Assembly: GCA_002269645.1 (NCBI GenBank)
Contig: NIVC01002301.1
Span: 6,948 to 70,947 of the forward strand
DNA from: Macrostomum lignano
Taxonomy: Eukaryota
Length of the DNA stretch: 64,000 nucleotides
Reading direction: 5' to 3'
Shown here: positions 52,042 to 61,089 of the stretch, one piece after another
Numbering within the stretch: the first letter of the stretch is position 1
Layout: every line of letters starts with the position of its first letter
The notes under the pieces: model-generated
The model's database searches: none
The model's input: only the letters and a program-made list of their open reading frames with translations
What the model was told of the DNA's origin: nothing
Translations under genes and position numbers: made by a program

Positions 52042-52851
52042 ATGCGAACTATTTTGATTAACAGTGAGCATGCTGAAGGTACTCCTTGTGACTTTAATTT
52101 TTACCTGCCTTCACCTATTTACTTGGATCGAAATGTGGACTATGAGGCAGGTCTGGCTGAAATCCATCTGCCTGCTGCATGGTTCAATGTTGACGAGCCT
52201 TACTGCTTCACTGTCTCAGATGGAAGAGAGCATGAGGCCCTGGTTCTTCAACCCGGACGCTTTGCTAGAGTGGAGGAGCTGGTGGAGCGCCTGAATGAGC
52301 TGCTGGCCAACTCTGATTCGCTGTTCTTTGATGCAATGAGTGACAGGGAGTCTGAGATGGAGGCTGATGAGTCCGGCCTGATGGGGCGTAGTGGCAACAG
52401 GGAATTCGGTATGAAGTTCGAAATCCACAACTCACGAACTGTGGTGCACAACAACACTGCGAGAGCAGAGCTGTTTCTTCCATCTAGTAAAATTCTGCAT
52501 TGGCTGGGATTTGGAAACCAGGCTGTGAAAATCCAGCCAGGGAGCCGCGTGTCCGAGCATTGCACTGGCTGCCCGCGCACCAGCTTAATCAATGTGCACT
52601 GCAGTATCGTTGAGTCAACTAATTGCAACTGGAGCTCCTTGTTGAGAACAGTTGGAATGAAAGCCGGCATTGAATGGGGCAACTATCAAACAAAAATATT
52701 TAAGAAAACAATATTCTTCCCGATTCAACGAATCAGTCTTCTTCACAGCATTCGAGTTCAGCTCCGTGACATCTATGGTTGCCCACTGATTGCACAGACT
52801 CACAGCCCTGTTCTGCTTACAGTTCAAATTCAGGAGAAACGCATTCAATGA
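52042..52851 (+). CDS. Putative minor capsid (penton-like) protein
   Basis: N-terminal INSE...DFNFYLPSPIYLD...YEAGLAEI pattern and C-terminal beta-rich IRVQLRDIYG motif typical of the Polinton mCP; located in the capsid gene block. Confidence 0.7.
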   Translation: MRTILINSEHAEGTPCDFNFYLPSPIYLDRNVDYEAGLAEIHLPAAWFNVDEPYCFTVSDGREHEALVLQPGRFARVEELVERLNELLANSDSLFFDAMSDRESEMEADESGLMGRSGNREFGMKFEIHNSRTVVHNNTARAELFLPSSKILHWLGFGNQAVKIQPGSRVSEHCTGCPRTSLINVHCSIVESTNCNWSSLLRTVGMKAGIEWGNYQTKIFKKTIFFPIQRISLLHSIRVQLRDIYGCPLIAQTHSPVLLTVQIQEKRIQ

Positions 52852-53225
52852 ACTACCAGCAGCTAATCCAGCAATATTCGGGGGTGAGGACAGGACACGA
52901 AAAGCCTGCACTCTATGGCTGTGGGAGCTTCCCAGGGATCATGACATACCAGCCTCCGCCAGCGGCTATATCATCATCATCAGCCTCGACGCTTAGCAAC
53001 GTCAGGCGCAAAAGAAATACTGAAGCAAGTCCGAAACGATTGAAGAAAAAGAAGGGCACCCGAAAGGCAACTGGTGGAAATCGCAGTAAGAGGTCGAGCA
53101 AGGCTAGTGGGAAAAAGCTTAAGAATAGGAAGACGAAAGCAAAGAAGAATAGAGCAGGCGGAGGAAAGCGAAAGCAAAAAGTCAGCAAGAAAACTGTGAA
53201 ACGCGTGCTCGACTCTCTGTCATAG
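52848..53225 (+). CDS. Small Lys/Arg-rich protein, putative DNA-condensing core protein
   Basis: 125 aa; ATGA overlap with the mCP stop; highly basic C-terminal half; LYGC|G matches the adenain consensus (M/I/L)xGx|G. Confidence 0.55.
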   Translation: MNYQQLIQQYSGVRTGHEKPALYGCGSFPGIMTYQPPPAAISSSSASTLSNVRRKRNTEASPKRLKKKKGTRKATGGNRSKRSSKASGKKLKNRKTKAKKNRAGGGKRKQKVSKKTVKRVLDSLS

Positions 53226-53227
53226 AC

Positions 53228-54511
53228 ATGGCTTACGGATTCAATCCCAGACTTGATTTATTTAAGACGCCCGTTCTACAAACCTGCATTGAAAAAGCTA
53301 CTTATGTTGATATTCACCCAGTTAATTCCATTGTTGCAAACTCTCCCATTGAATTTGACTGCCACCAATCTGCCGATGAATACACAGATCTGCTGAATTC
53401 TTTTCTTTATATTCGCTGCCGCCTTGTGAGACTGGATGGGGGTTTGCTGAGGGAGGATGTTCGAGATGGAGATGGCATCATCACCGAGCGCAGAGACAGT
53501 GACGTGCACCCAGAAAATTTTGTTCTGTCTACAGCCTTCTCAGATGTAATTGTGAGCATTAACCAGCGAGTGGTGTCTGGTGGAGACCAGCTCTATCCCT
53601 ACCATGCGTACTTCAAAGCACTAATGAGCTCATCCGATGCCCAGCAACTAAAACTTTACCCTGCTGGCTTCCTGGAGCCGAACTCGGCAGCTGAAGAGCA
53701 CACGGAGAGCCACAGGGAATCCCAATGGATGGAGTATGCGGGGCCGCTCTTCAGCGATGTTTTCCAGTGCCCAGTGTTTCTGCTAAGCAATCTGCACCTG
53801 CACATCAAACTGGTCCCCAGCGATGGGGCCTTTGCCATCAGAACCCCGAATGCAAACAACGCGGCATACCGAATGGAAATCTCTCACAGCATTCTGCATC
53901 TTCGCCGAGTCAAAGTGATGCCCCACATCAGCCTGGCCCATGAGCAGGGGCTGACAAACCAAAATGCACTGTATCCCATCGAGCGAACTGAAATGCAGAA
54001 CTTCATCCTACCCCAGGGTATTCAGTCAAAAAACATTGAAGGATTCACTCATGGAAAATTGCCGAAGTTTATCATGCTGGCCTTCGTGAGCCACCGAGCA
54101 TTCAACGGTCATCATCACGCGAGCCCGTTACAGTTCCAGAGCTTCAACCTTAGCCGATTGGCTCTAAAGAAAGGTGGGGAAACCGTGTGCCACGGCGCCT
54201 TCACACCTGAAAACAATTCCTTTGTAAGAGAATACTTGCACTACCTGAAAAGCTGTCAATCTGCAAGCCACACAAACTCGGTTCCGTGGATCCCCTACCA
54301 GCTCTTCTCCAACAACAGCACGGTGTTTGCATTCGATCTCACACCCGAGGGAGCGGCTCTGTGGTACGGACAGAAGAAGGGCAACCTGCGGCTGGAGATT
54401 CGCTTCCAACAGGCTCTGAATGAAGCGGTGTCCCTGATTGCTATGTGCCTGTATGACTCGCTGATTGAGGTCACCAAGCACCGAGAGCTTTTGCTGGACT
54501 ATTCCTCTTAA
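53228..54511 (+). CDS. Major capsid protein (double jelly-roll, Polinton PY-type)
   Basis: 427 aa; LDLFKTPVLQTCIE...YVDIHP...PIEF...EYTDL..SFLY pattern, LPKFIMLAFV, FAFDLTP, GNLRLEIRF...L.EAVSLI, all characteristic of the Polinton MCP. Confidence 0.9.
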   Translation: MAYGFNPRLDLFKTPVLQTCIEKATYVDIHPVNSIVANSPIEFDCHQSADEYTDLLNSFLYIRCRLVRLDGGLLREDVRDGDGIITERRDSDVHPENFVLSTAFSDVIVSINQRVVSGGDQLYPYHAYFKALMSSSDAQQLKLYPAGFLEPNSAAEEHTESHRESQWMEYAGPLFSDVFQCPVFLLSNLHLHIKLVPSDGAFAIRTPNANNAAYRMEISHSILHLRRVKVMPHISLAHEQGLTNQNALYPIERTEMQNFILPQGIQSKNIEGFTHGKLPKFIMLAFVSHRAFNGHHHASPLQFQSFNLSRLALKKGGETVCHGAFTPENNSFVREYLHYLKSCQSASHTNSVPWIPYQLFSNNSTVFAFDLTPEGAALWYGQKKGNLRLEIRFQQALNEAVSLIAMCLYDSLIEVTKHRELLLDYSS

Positions 54512-54516
54512 TTGAC

Positions 54517-55029
54517 ATGGATGCAATTCAACTACTTAATCTCGCCAGAAAATTTTTGCCTTACCAAAAATTTCTCATAGTTACTTTACATTTGCGCTAT
54601 AAAAATTCTCTGCCCTTGAATGTAAAAAGAAAATTTAGATCATCAATTTCCTTTGAAAACAAGTTTGTTTTTGTCCTACTTCAGCACAATGGCTCATTTG
54701 GTCACTGGGTGGTGTGCTATGTTGGGCAAGGAAATCGCATTGAGTTGTTCAACTCCCTCGGCTGGGAACCTGAAATTTTATCTTTGGTTTATAATTTGTT
54801 TCGAGAGATTAAAACAACTGGCTTTTGGCTCCGAAGCAATATAAACAGATTTCAATGTGCTAACTCTAATAAATGCGGAGTGTTTTGCATCTATTTTGTT
54901 TATCAAAAGTTTCTGTTCAATCGGTCATTTGAGGGGATTTTGAAGCATTTGCATGCTAATGAAAAAAATCATTTGAATGATAGAATCTTACAGAGGTTTG
55001 AAGCCAACTTAAGAAAAAGATGTCCGTGA
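54517..55029 (+). CDS. Adenain/Ulp1-like cysteine maturation protease
   Basis: GHWV (His), FNSLG (Asn at the usual Asp position), Q...CGVFC (oxyanion Gln and catalytic Cys). Confidence 0.88.
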   Translation: MDAIQLLNLARKFLPYQKFLIVTLHLRYKNSLPLNVKRKFRSSISFENKFVFVLLQHNGSFGHWVVCYVGQGNRIELFNSLGWEPEILSLVYNLFREIKTTGFWLRSNINRFQCANSNKCGVFCIYFVYQKFLFNRSFEGILKHLHANEKNHLNDRILQRFEANLRKRCP

Positions 55030-55502
55030 TTTCTAATATTTATGCATTAAACATGGGAGAAAAGCAAGTTTGCTACGATATCCGCCTCAGGCAGGGAAGC
55101 TGCATGATTGTCTGCGGGCCCACCAATGCAGGAAAAACAACCTTTGTCAAACACCTGATCCAGTACAGAGACGTCATGTTTGATGTGAAGCCTGGCAGAG
55201 TTCTGTGGTACTATGGGATCTCACAGGCAGGCCATGCAGAACTGAGCAGCCTAGGTGTGCAGCTGCGCCAGGGATTTCCCACCAACATCGAGGCAGCACT
55301 TAGGCCCAATGACCTGGTTGTTTTCGATGACTTAATAGAGGAAACTTCAAACTCTGCTTCAATGCGAAATTTTTTCACAGGAATCGCACATCACTTGCCG
55401 TGCTTTTTGGTGATGCTGACTCAGAATATATTTTTCAAGGGAAAAGAGTCGCGAACAATGAGCTTGAATGTAATAGTTTTAATTCGAACACAAATTGTTT
55501 GA
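55020..55502 (+). pseudogene. Packaging ATPase, left-arm copy truncated at the arm/spacer junction (55474)
   Basis: Identical in outline to 57398-58078 up to ...RTMSLNV, then runs into non-homologous spacer sequence. Confidence 0.88.
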
Positions 55503-55849
55503 TGAGGCAGCAGTTGAGCCGGCACTCTCCGATGCAGCATAGCCACGAAGCGACGGGCAGCCCTTTTGGCGTCTGCGTGGGTCTTGGCACCGCAGATGCT
55601 CAGTTGCCCAGTAGGGTAGAGTAGGAGAGTCACTCTGGGAATCCGCATCCGCTTGATGAGCACCCGGGGCCAGACGGGCCGGTAGATCACATGAGCCATG
55701 CTGAGAGCCAGTTCCCGTAGAGGCAGCTGAGCGCCCCTGCCACCATCCAGTCTCAGATCTACTCCGCCAACCAGATTGGTCACTCTTAGGGCTGTAGCTG
55801 GTGGGCTCATTTCGATCGTCAACTTCTTCACCAAATCTGCTTCTGCCAA
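55421..55849 (-). CDS. TATA-binding-protein (TBP)-like domain protein (first ATG at 55810), C-terminus broken at the junction
   Basis: LRVTNLVGGVDL...LPLRELALSMAHVIYRPVWPRVLIKRMRIPRVTLLLYPTGQLSICGAKTHADAKRAARRFVAML aligns by eye with TBP repeat 1 ([75 protein letters not shown]). Confidence 0.8.
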   Translation of the reverse strand: MAEADLVKKLTIEMSPPATALRVTNLVGGVDLRLDGGRGAQLPLRELALSMAHVIYRPVWPRVLIKRMRIPRVTLLLYPTGQLSICGAKTHADAKRAARRFVAMLHRRVPAQLLPHQTICVRIKTITFKLIVRDSFPLKNIF

Positions 55850-55859
55850 CTTTACTGCT

Positions 55860-56330
55860 CGTGTGCCACGGACACTGCTCGCTTCTTAAGTTGATGCAGA
55901 ACTTTGGCTTAAGCCAACTGTAGTGCAGCAACGAATTTCTCACTGCACAGCCAGTATCTGAATCTTCAGTCGAGGGTGCTCCCAAATCTTCTAGGTTATA
56001 AACCTGTCTTCCAAGCAGCTCAGTCAGAAAAATCGACTTCCTTTCCCCATTTGACCAGATCGGACCACTGGCAATGCTCAGAATGTCTTCCGCCAGTTCC
56101 ATGTACGGACGGGTTCCATCATTCCACTTAAACTGGTGCAGACTCTTAGATAGCTGTCTGTAGTAAACTCGCATGTCAGGTGAGACTCTCTCCCATGGAT
56201 ACGGAGGTGCGTACACATGGTGAGCAATGTGGTAGCTCCCCGCTCTGATTTGAACAACTGCCAACTCCTTCACAACAAATTTTTTGCTTGTGCTGTTGCA
56301 CGGGAATCCTTGGAAGTCAATGTAGTTCAT
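55860..56330 (-). CDS. DEDD-like exonuclease-fold protein of Polintons (ORF continues without a stop to 55479 in a frame overlapping the TBP-like ORF)
   Basis: YIDFQGF...KFVVKELAVV...APPYPW...HQFKWNDG...NGERKSIFL...NLEDLGAP...CAVRN resembles the Maverick exonuclease-like ORF as recalled; DxQ replaces DxE. Confidence 0.6.
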
Positions 56331-56359
56331 GATGCAGCTTTCCTTCGAAAATTTCGGAG

Positions 56360-57052
56360 TCAGTCCACCTTCTTATATACTTTTCTGGCAGGCAATTTCA
56401 GCCAGGCTGTGTTGCTCCCGTACCCCTTGACTAGACTCTCCTGTTCTTTCTCCAGTTCACCCCCTCTGCTGGTTGCCATTTTCTTCTTAACTGATTTACC
56501 AACAGCGGAAAGCGGAACATTAAGCTTTTTCTGCTGCAGAAAATCGATGAACTCGTTCCACCCAACTGGTTCACGCTCACATGGCGAATCCCTCACTGTG
56601 TGCTGAATCAAGTCCAGTATGTTTGAGGAAGGGATTGACGTGCCTGCGATTTCCACCTCCCCGTTTTCACAAACTCGAATCAGCTCTGGATTGGTGGACA
56701 GGATCGTCCACAGACTGCGAGCCCTGGTTTTGAATTTCTGTGGCACCGACTTGCTGATCTTCTCTTCCCAGGTGCTTATCTGGGGTGTCTCTGTTTTCAT
56801 CAACTTGGCTTCAGTATTGCGTGCTCCTTCTTTTCCAGCGTGCTTGCGCTTGGCCAGCAAACTTTGCATTGCACTTTGGTACATGGCGGTTTTCACATCT
56901 TCTGGACAATCCTCGGCATACAAGATGTCATCGCATTTCTTCTGAGCCTGCTTCAAGTCAGCTTCAGTGGTAGTCTCATTTGGCTTCAAATTCTGCATCA
57001 ACATCTCATACTCTGCTTTAGGAATCAGAACCATTTCTGAAAATTTGTTCAT
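56360..57052 (-). CDS. Conserved Polinton hypothetical protein (230 aa)
   Basis: MVLIP...; ENGEVEIAGTSIPSSNILDLI...PVGWNEF...LNVPLSAVG resembles a recurrent Maverick ORF; collinear with neighbouring genes. Confidence 0.65.
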   Translation of the reverse strand: MNKFSEMVLIPKAEYEMLMQNLKPNETTTEADLKQAQKKCDDILYAEDCPEDVKTAMYQSAMQSLLAKRKHAGKEGARNTEAKLMKTETPQISTWEEKISKSVPQKFKTRARSLWTILSTNPELIRVCENGEVEIAGTSIPSSNILDLIQHTVRDSPCEREPVGWNEFIDFLQQKKLNVPLSAVGKSVKKKMATSRGGELEKEQESLVKGYGSNTAWLKLPARKVYKKVD

Positions 57053-57356
57053 TTTGCTTCTTCTTCTTTACCAGCTTAAGCAGAATCGGGAGTATTTTGA
57101 TGAAGCCAGCCTTCAACAAGTCTGTCTTTCTTCTTTTGTGAGTAATTTTTCGAATTATCTCTTTTGACTTTGCAAGAACAGCTTTTTCATCGAGCGAAAA
57201 CGATAGATTGTTTTGTAAGAGATTATGGCAGGCCTCGACAAGAAAATAACGCACTTCTTTTGGACAATTTTTTATCAACAGCCGCTTGAAGCGCACGGTA
57301 TATTTAGGTGACGCAAGAACCGCAAAAAGACTTGCATATGAATCAAGCACTTCCAT
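57018..57356 (-). CDS. Conserved small basic Polinton hypothetical protein (112 aa)
   Basis: LLIKNCPKEVRYFLVEACHNLLQNNLSFS..EKAVLAKSKEIIRKI pattern recurrent in Mavericks; directly downstream of the ATPase. Confidence 0.6.
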   Translation of the reverse strand: MEVLDSYASLFAVLASPKYTVRFKRLLIKNCPKEVRYFLVEACHNLLQNNLSFSLDEKAVLAKSKEIIRKITHKRRKTDLLKAGFIKILPILLKLVKKKKQNEQIFRNGSDS

Positions 57357-57397
57357 TGCGATGAAAACAATAGCTGATAAAAACAAGCTTCACTTTC

Positions 57398-58078
57398 TTA
57401 AGCAAATACAAGATGGGGTCGCTGGTTGGGCAGAATTCTGGCCCGCACTCGCAGCTCATCGGGAGTTGATGGGTGAAAGTCTAGGAACAGGTAGGCTCCC
57501 CTGCCCTGCGCGGTCACGTGCTTGAACACTGACAGCAGAAAGCCGGGCTTCTCTGTAAAGCACTGCCTGCCCAGTGCTGCAATCTGCAGCTGGTCTCGGG
57601 GGTTTTTCAAGATAGCTAAGTACATTACATTCAAGCTCATTGTTCGCGACTCTTTTCCCTTGAAAAATATATTCTGAGTCAGCATCACCAAAAAGCACGG
57701 CAAGTGATGTGCGATTCCTGTGAAAAAATTTCGCATTGAAGCAGAGTTTGAAGTTTCCTCTATTAAGTCATCGAAAACAACCAGGTCATTGGGCCTAAGT
57801 GCTGCCTCGATGTTGGTGGGAAATCCCTGGCGCAGCTGCACACCTAGGCTGTTCAGTTCTGCATGGCCTGCCTGTGAGATCCCATAGTACCACAGAACTC
57901 TGCCAGGCTTCACATCAAACATGACGTCTCTGTACTGGATCAGGTGTTCGACAAAGGTTGTTTTTCCTGCATTGGTGGGCCCGCAGACAATCATGCAGCT
58001 TCCCTGCCTGAGGCGGATATCGTAGCAAACTTGCTTTTCTCCCATGTTTAATGCATAAATATTAGAAATCACGGACAT
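57398..58078 (-). CDS. FtsK/A32-like genome packaging ATPase (intact copy)
   Basis: Walker A GPTNAGKT, Walker B LVVFDDL, TQNIF, SRTMSLN, KNPRD. Confidence 0.93.
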   Translation of the reverse strand: MSVISNIYALNMGEKQVCYDIRLRQGSCMIVCGPTNAGKTTFVEHLIQYRDVMFDVKPGRVLWYYGISQAGHAELNSLGVQLRQGFPTNIEAALRPNDLVVFDDLIEETSNSASMRNFFTGIAHHLPCFLVMLTQNIFFKGKESRTMSLNVMYLAILKNPRDQLQIAALGRQCFTEKPGFLLSVFKHVTAQGRGAYLFLDFHPSTPDELRVRARILPNQRPHLVFA

Positions 58079-58580
58079 CTTTTTCTTAAGTTGGCTTCAA
58101 ACCTCTGTAAGATTCTATCATTCAAATGATTTTTCTCATTAGCATGCAAATGCTTCAAAATCCCTCAAATGACCGATTGAACAGAAACTTTTGATAAGCA
58201 AAATAGATGCAAAACATTCCGCATTTATTAGAGTTAGCACATTGAACTCTGTTTATATTGCTTCGGAGCCAAAAGCCAGTTGTTTTAATCTCTCGAAACA
58301 AATTATAAACCAAAGATAAAATTTCAGGTTCCCAGCCGAGGGAGTTGAACAACTCAATGCGATTTCCTTGCCCAACATAGCACACCACCCAGTGACCAAA
58401 TGAGCCATTGTGCTGAAGTAGGACAAAAACAAACTTGTTTTCAAAGGAAATTGATGATCTAAATTTTCTTTTTACATTCAAGGGCAGAGAATTTTTATAG
58501 CGCAAATGTAAAGTAACTATGAGAAATTTTTGGTAAGGCAAAAATTTTCTGGCGAGATTAAGTAGTTGAATTGCATCCAT
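58069..58580 (-). CDS. Protease, right-arm copy (1-nt deletion near 58165)
   Basis: Reverse complement of 54517-55029 with gaggga for gagggga. Confidence 0.85.
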
Positions 58581-58585
58581 GTCAA

Positions 58586-59868
58586 TTAAGAGGAATAGTC
58601 CAGCAAAAGCTCTCGGTGCTTGGTGACCTCAATCAGCGAGTCATACAGGCACATAGCAATCAGGGACACCGCTTCATTCAGAGCCTGTTGGAAGCGAATC
58701 TCCAGCCGCAGGTTGCCCTCCTTCTGTCCGTACCACAGAGCCGCTCCCTCGGGTGTGAGATCGAATGCAAACACCGTGCTGTTGTTGGAGAAGAGCTGGT
58801 AGGGGATCCACGGAACCGAGTTTGTGTGGCTTGCAGATTGACAGCTTTTCAGGTAGTGCAAGTATTCTCTTACAAAGGAATTGTTTTCAGGTGTGAAGGC
58901 GCCGTGGCACACGGTTTCCCCACCTTTCTTTAGAGCCAATCGGCTAAGGTTGAAGCTCTGGAACTGTAACGGGCTCGCGTGATGATGACCGTTGAATGCT
59001 CGGTGGCTCACGAAGGCCAGCATGATGAACTTCGGCAATTTTCCATGAGTGAATCCTTCAATGTTTTTTGACTGAATACCCTGGGGTAGGATGAAGTTCT
59101 GCATTTCAGTTCGCTCGATGGGATACAGTGCATTTTGGTTTGTCAGCCCCTGCTCATGGGCCAGGCTGATGTGGGGCATCACTTTGACTCGGCGAAGATG
59201 CAGAATGCTGTGAGAGATTTCCATTCGGTATGCCGCGTTGTTTGCATTCGGGGTTCTGATGGCAAAGGCCCCATCGCTGGGACCAGTTTGATGTGCAGGT
59301 GCAGATTGCTTAGCAGAAACACTGGGCACTGGAAAACATCGCTGAAGAGCGGCCCCGCATACTCCATCCATTGGGATTCCCTGTGGCTCTCCGTGTGCTC
59401 TTCAGCTGCCGAGTTCGGCTCCAGGAAGCCAGCAGGGTAAAGTTTTAGTTGCTGGGCATCGGATGAGCTCATTAGTGCTTTGAAGTACGCATGGTAGGGA
59501 TAGAGCTGGTCTCCACCAGACACCACTCGCTGGTTAATGCTCACAATTACATCTGAGAAGGCTGTAGACAGAACAAAATTTTCTGGGTGCACGTCACTGT
59601 CTCTGCGCTCGGTGATGATGCCATCTCCATCTCGAACATCCTCCCTCAGCAAACCCCCATCCAGTCTCACAAGGCGGCAGCGAATATAAAGAAAAGAATT
59701 AAGCAGATCTGTATATTCATCGGCAGATTGGTGGCAGTCAAATTCAATGGGAGAGTTTGCAACAATGGAATTAACTGGGTGAATATCAACATAAGTAGCT
59801 TTTTCAATGCAGGTTTGTAGAACGGGCGTCTTAAATAAATCAAGTCTGGGATTGAATCCGTAAGCCAT
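58586..59868 (-). CDS. Major capsid protein, right-arm copy (1-nt deletion near 59281)
   Basis: Reverse complement of 53228-54511; split into two ORFs by loss of one base in a C/G run. Confidence 0.87.
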
Positions 59869-59870
59869 GT

Positions 59871-60247
59871 CTATGACAGAGAGTCGAGCACGCGTTTCAC
59901 AGTTTTCTTGCTGACTTTTTGCTTTCGCTTTCCTCCGCCTGCTCTATTCTTCTTTGCTTTCGTCTTCCTATTCTTAAGCTTTTTCCCACTAGCCTTGCTC
60001 GACCTCTTACTGCGATTTCCACCAGTTGCCTTTCGGGTGCCCTTCTTTTTCTTCAATCGTTTCGGACTTGCTTCAGTATTTCTTTTGCGCCTGACGTTGC
60101 TAAGCGTCGAGGCTGATGATGATGATATAGCCGCTGGCGGAGGCTGGTATGTCATGATCCCTGGGAAGCTCCCACAGCCATAGAGTGCAGGCTTTTCGTG
60201 TCCTGTCCTCACCCCGAATATTGCTGGATTAGCTGCTGGTAGTTCAT
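59871..60247 (-). CDS. Basic core-like protein, right-arm copy (1-nt deletion near 60213)
   Basis: Reverse complement of 52848-53225. Confidence 0.55.
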
Positions 60248-61052
60248 TGAATGCGTTTCTCCTGAATTTGAACTGTAAGCAGAACAGGGCTGTGAGTCTG
60301 TGCAATCAGTGGGCAACCATAGATGTCCCGCAGCTGAACTCGAATGCTGTGAAGAAGACTGATTCGTTGAATCGGGAAGAATATTGTTTTCTTAAATATT
60401 TTTGTTTGATAGTTGCCCCATTCAATGCCAGCTTTCATTCCAACTGTTCTCAACAAGGAGCTCCAGTTGCAATTAGTTGACTCAACGATACTGCAGTGCA
60501 CATTGATTAAGCTGGTGCGCGGGCAGCCAATGCAATGCTCGGATACGCGGCTCCCTGGCTGGATTTTCACAGCCTGGTTTCCAAATCCCAGCCAATGCAG
60601 AATTTTACTAGATGGAAGAAACAGCTCTGCTCTCGCAGTGTTGTTGTGCACCACAGTTCGTGAGTTGCGGATTTCGAACTTCATACCAAATTCCCTGTTG
60701 CCACTACGCCCATCAGGCCGGACTCATCAGCCTCCATCTCAGACTCCCTGTCACTCATTGCATCAAAGAACAGCGAATCAGAGTTGGCCAGCAGCTCATT
60801 CAGGCGCTCCACCAGCTCCTCCACTCTAGCAAAGCGTCCGGGTTGAAGAACCAGGGCCTCATGCTCTCTTCCATCTGAGACAGTGAAGCAGTAAGGCTCG
60901 TCAACATTGAACCATGCAGCAGGCAGATGGATTTCAGCCAGACCTGCCTCATAGTCCACATTTCGATCCAAGTAAATAGGTGAAGGCAGGTAAAAATTAA
61001 AGTCACTAGGAGTACCTTCAGCATGCTCACTGTTAATCAAAATAGTTCGCAT
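60244..61052 (-). CDS. Minor capsid protein, right-arm copy (1-nt deletion near 60710)
   Basis: Reverse complement of 52042-52851. Confidence 0.7.
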
Positions 61053-61089
61053 TATAATCATAAACTACATGATGAGGGCTGTGCCAAAG

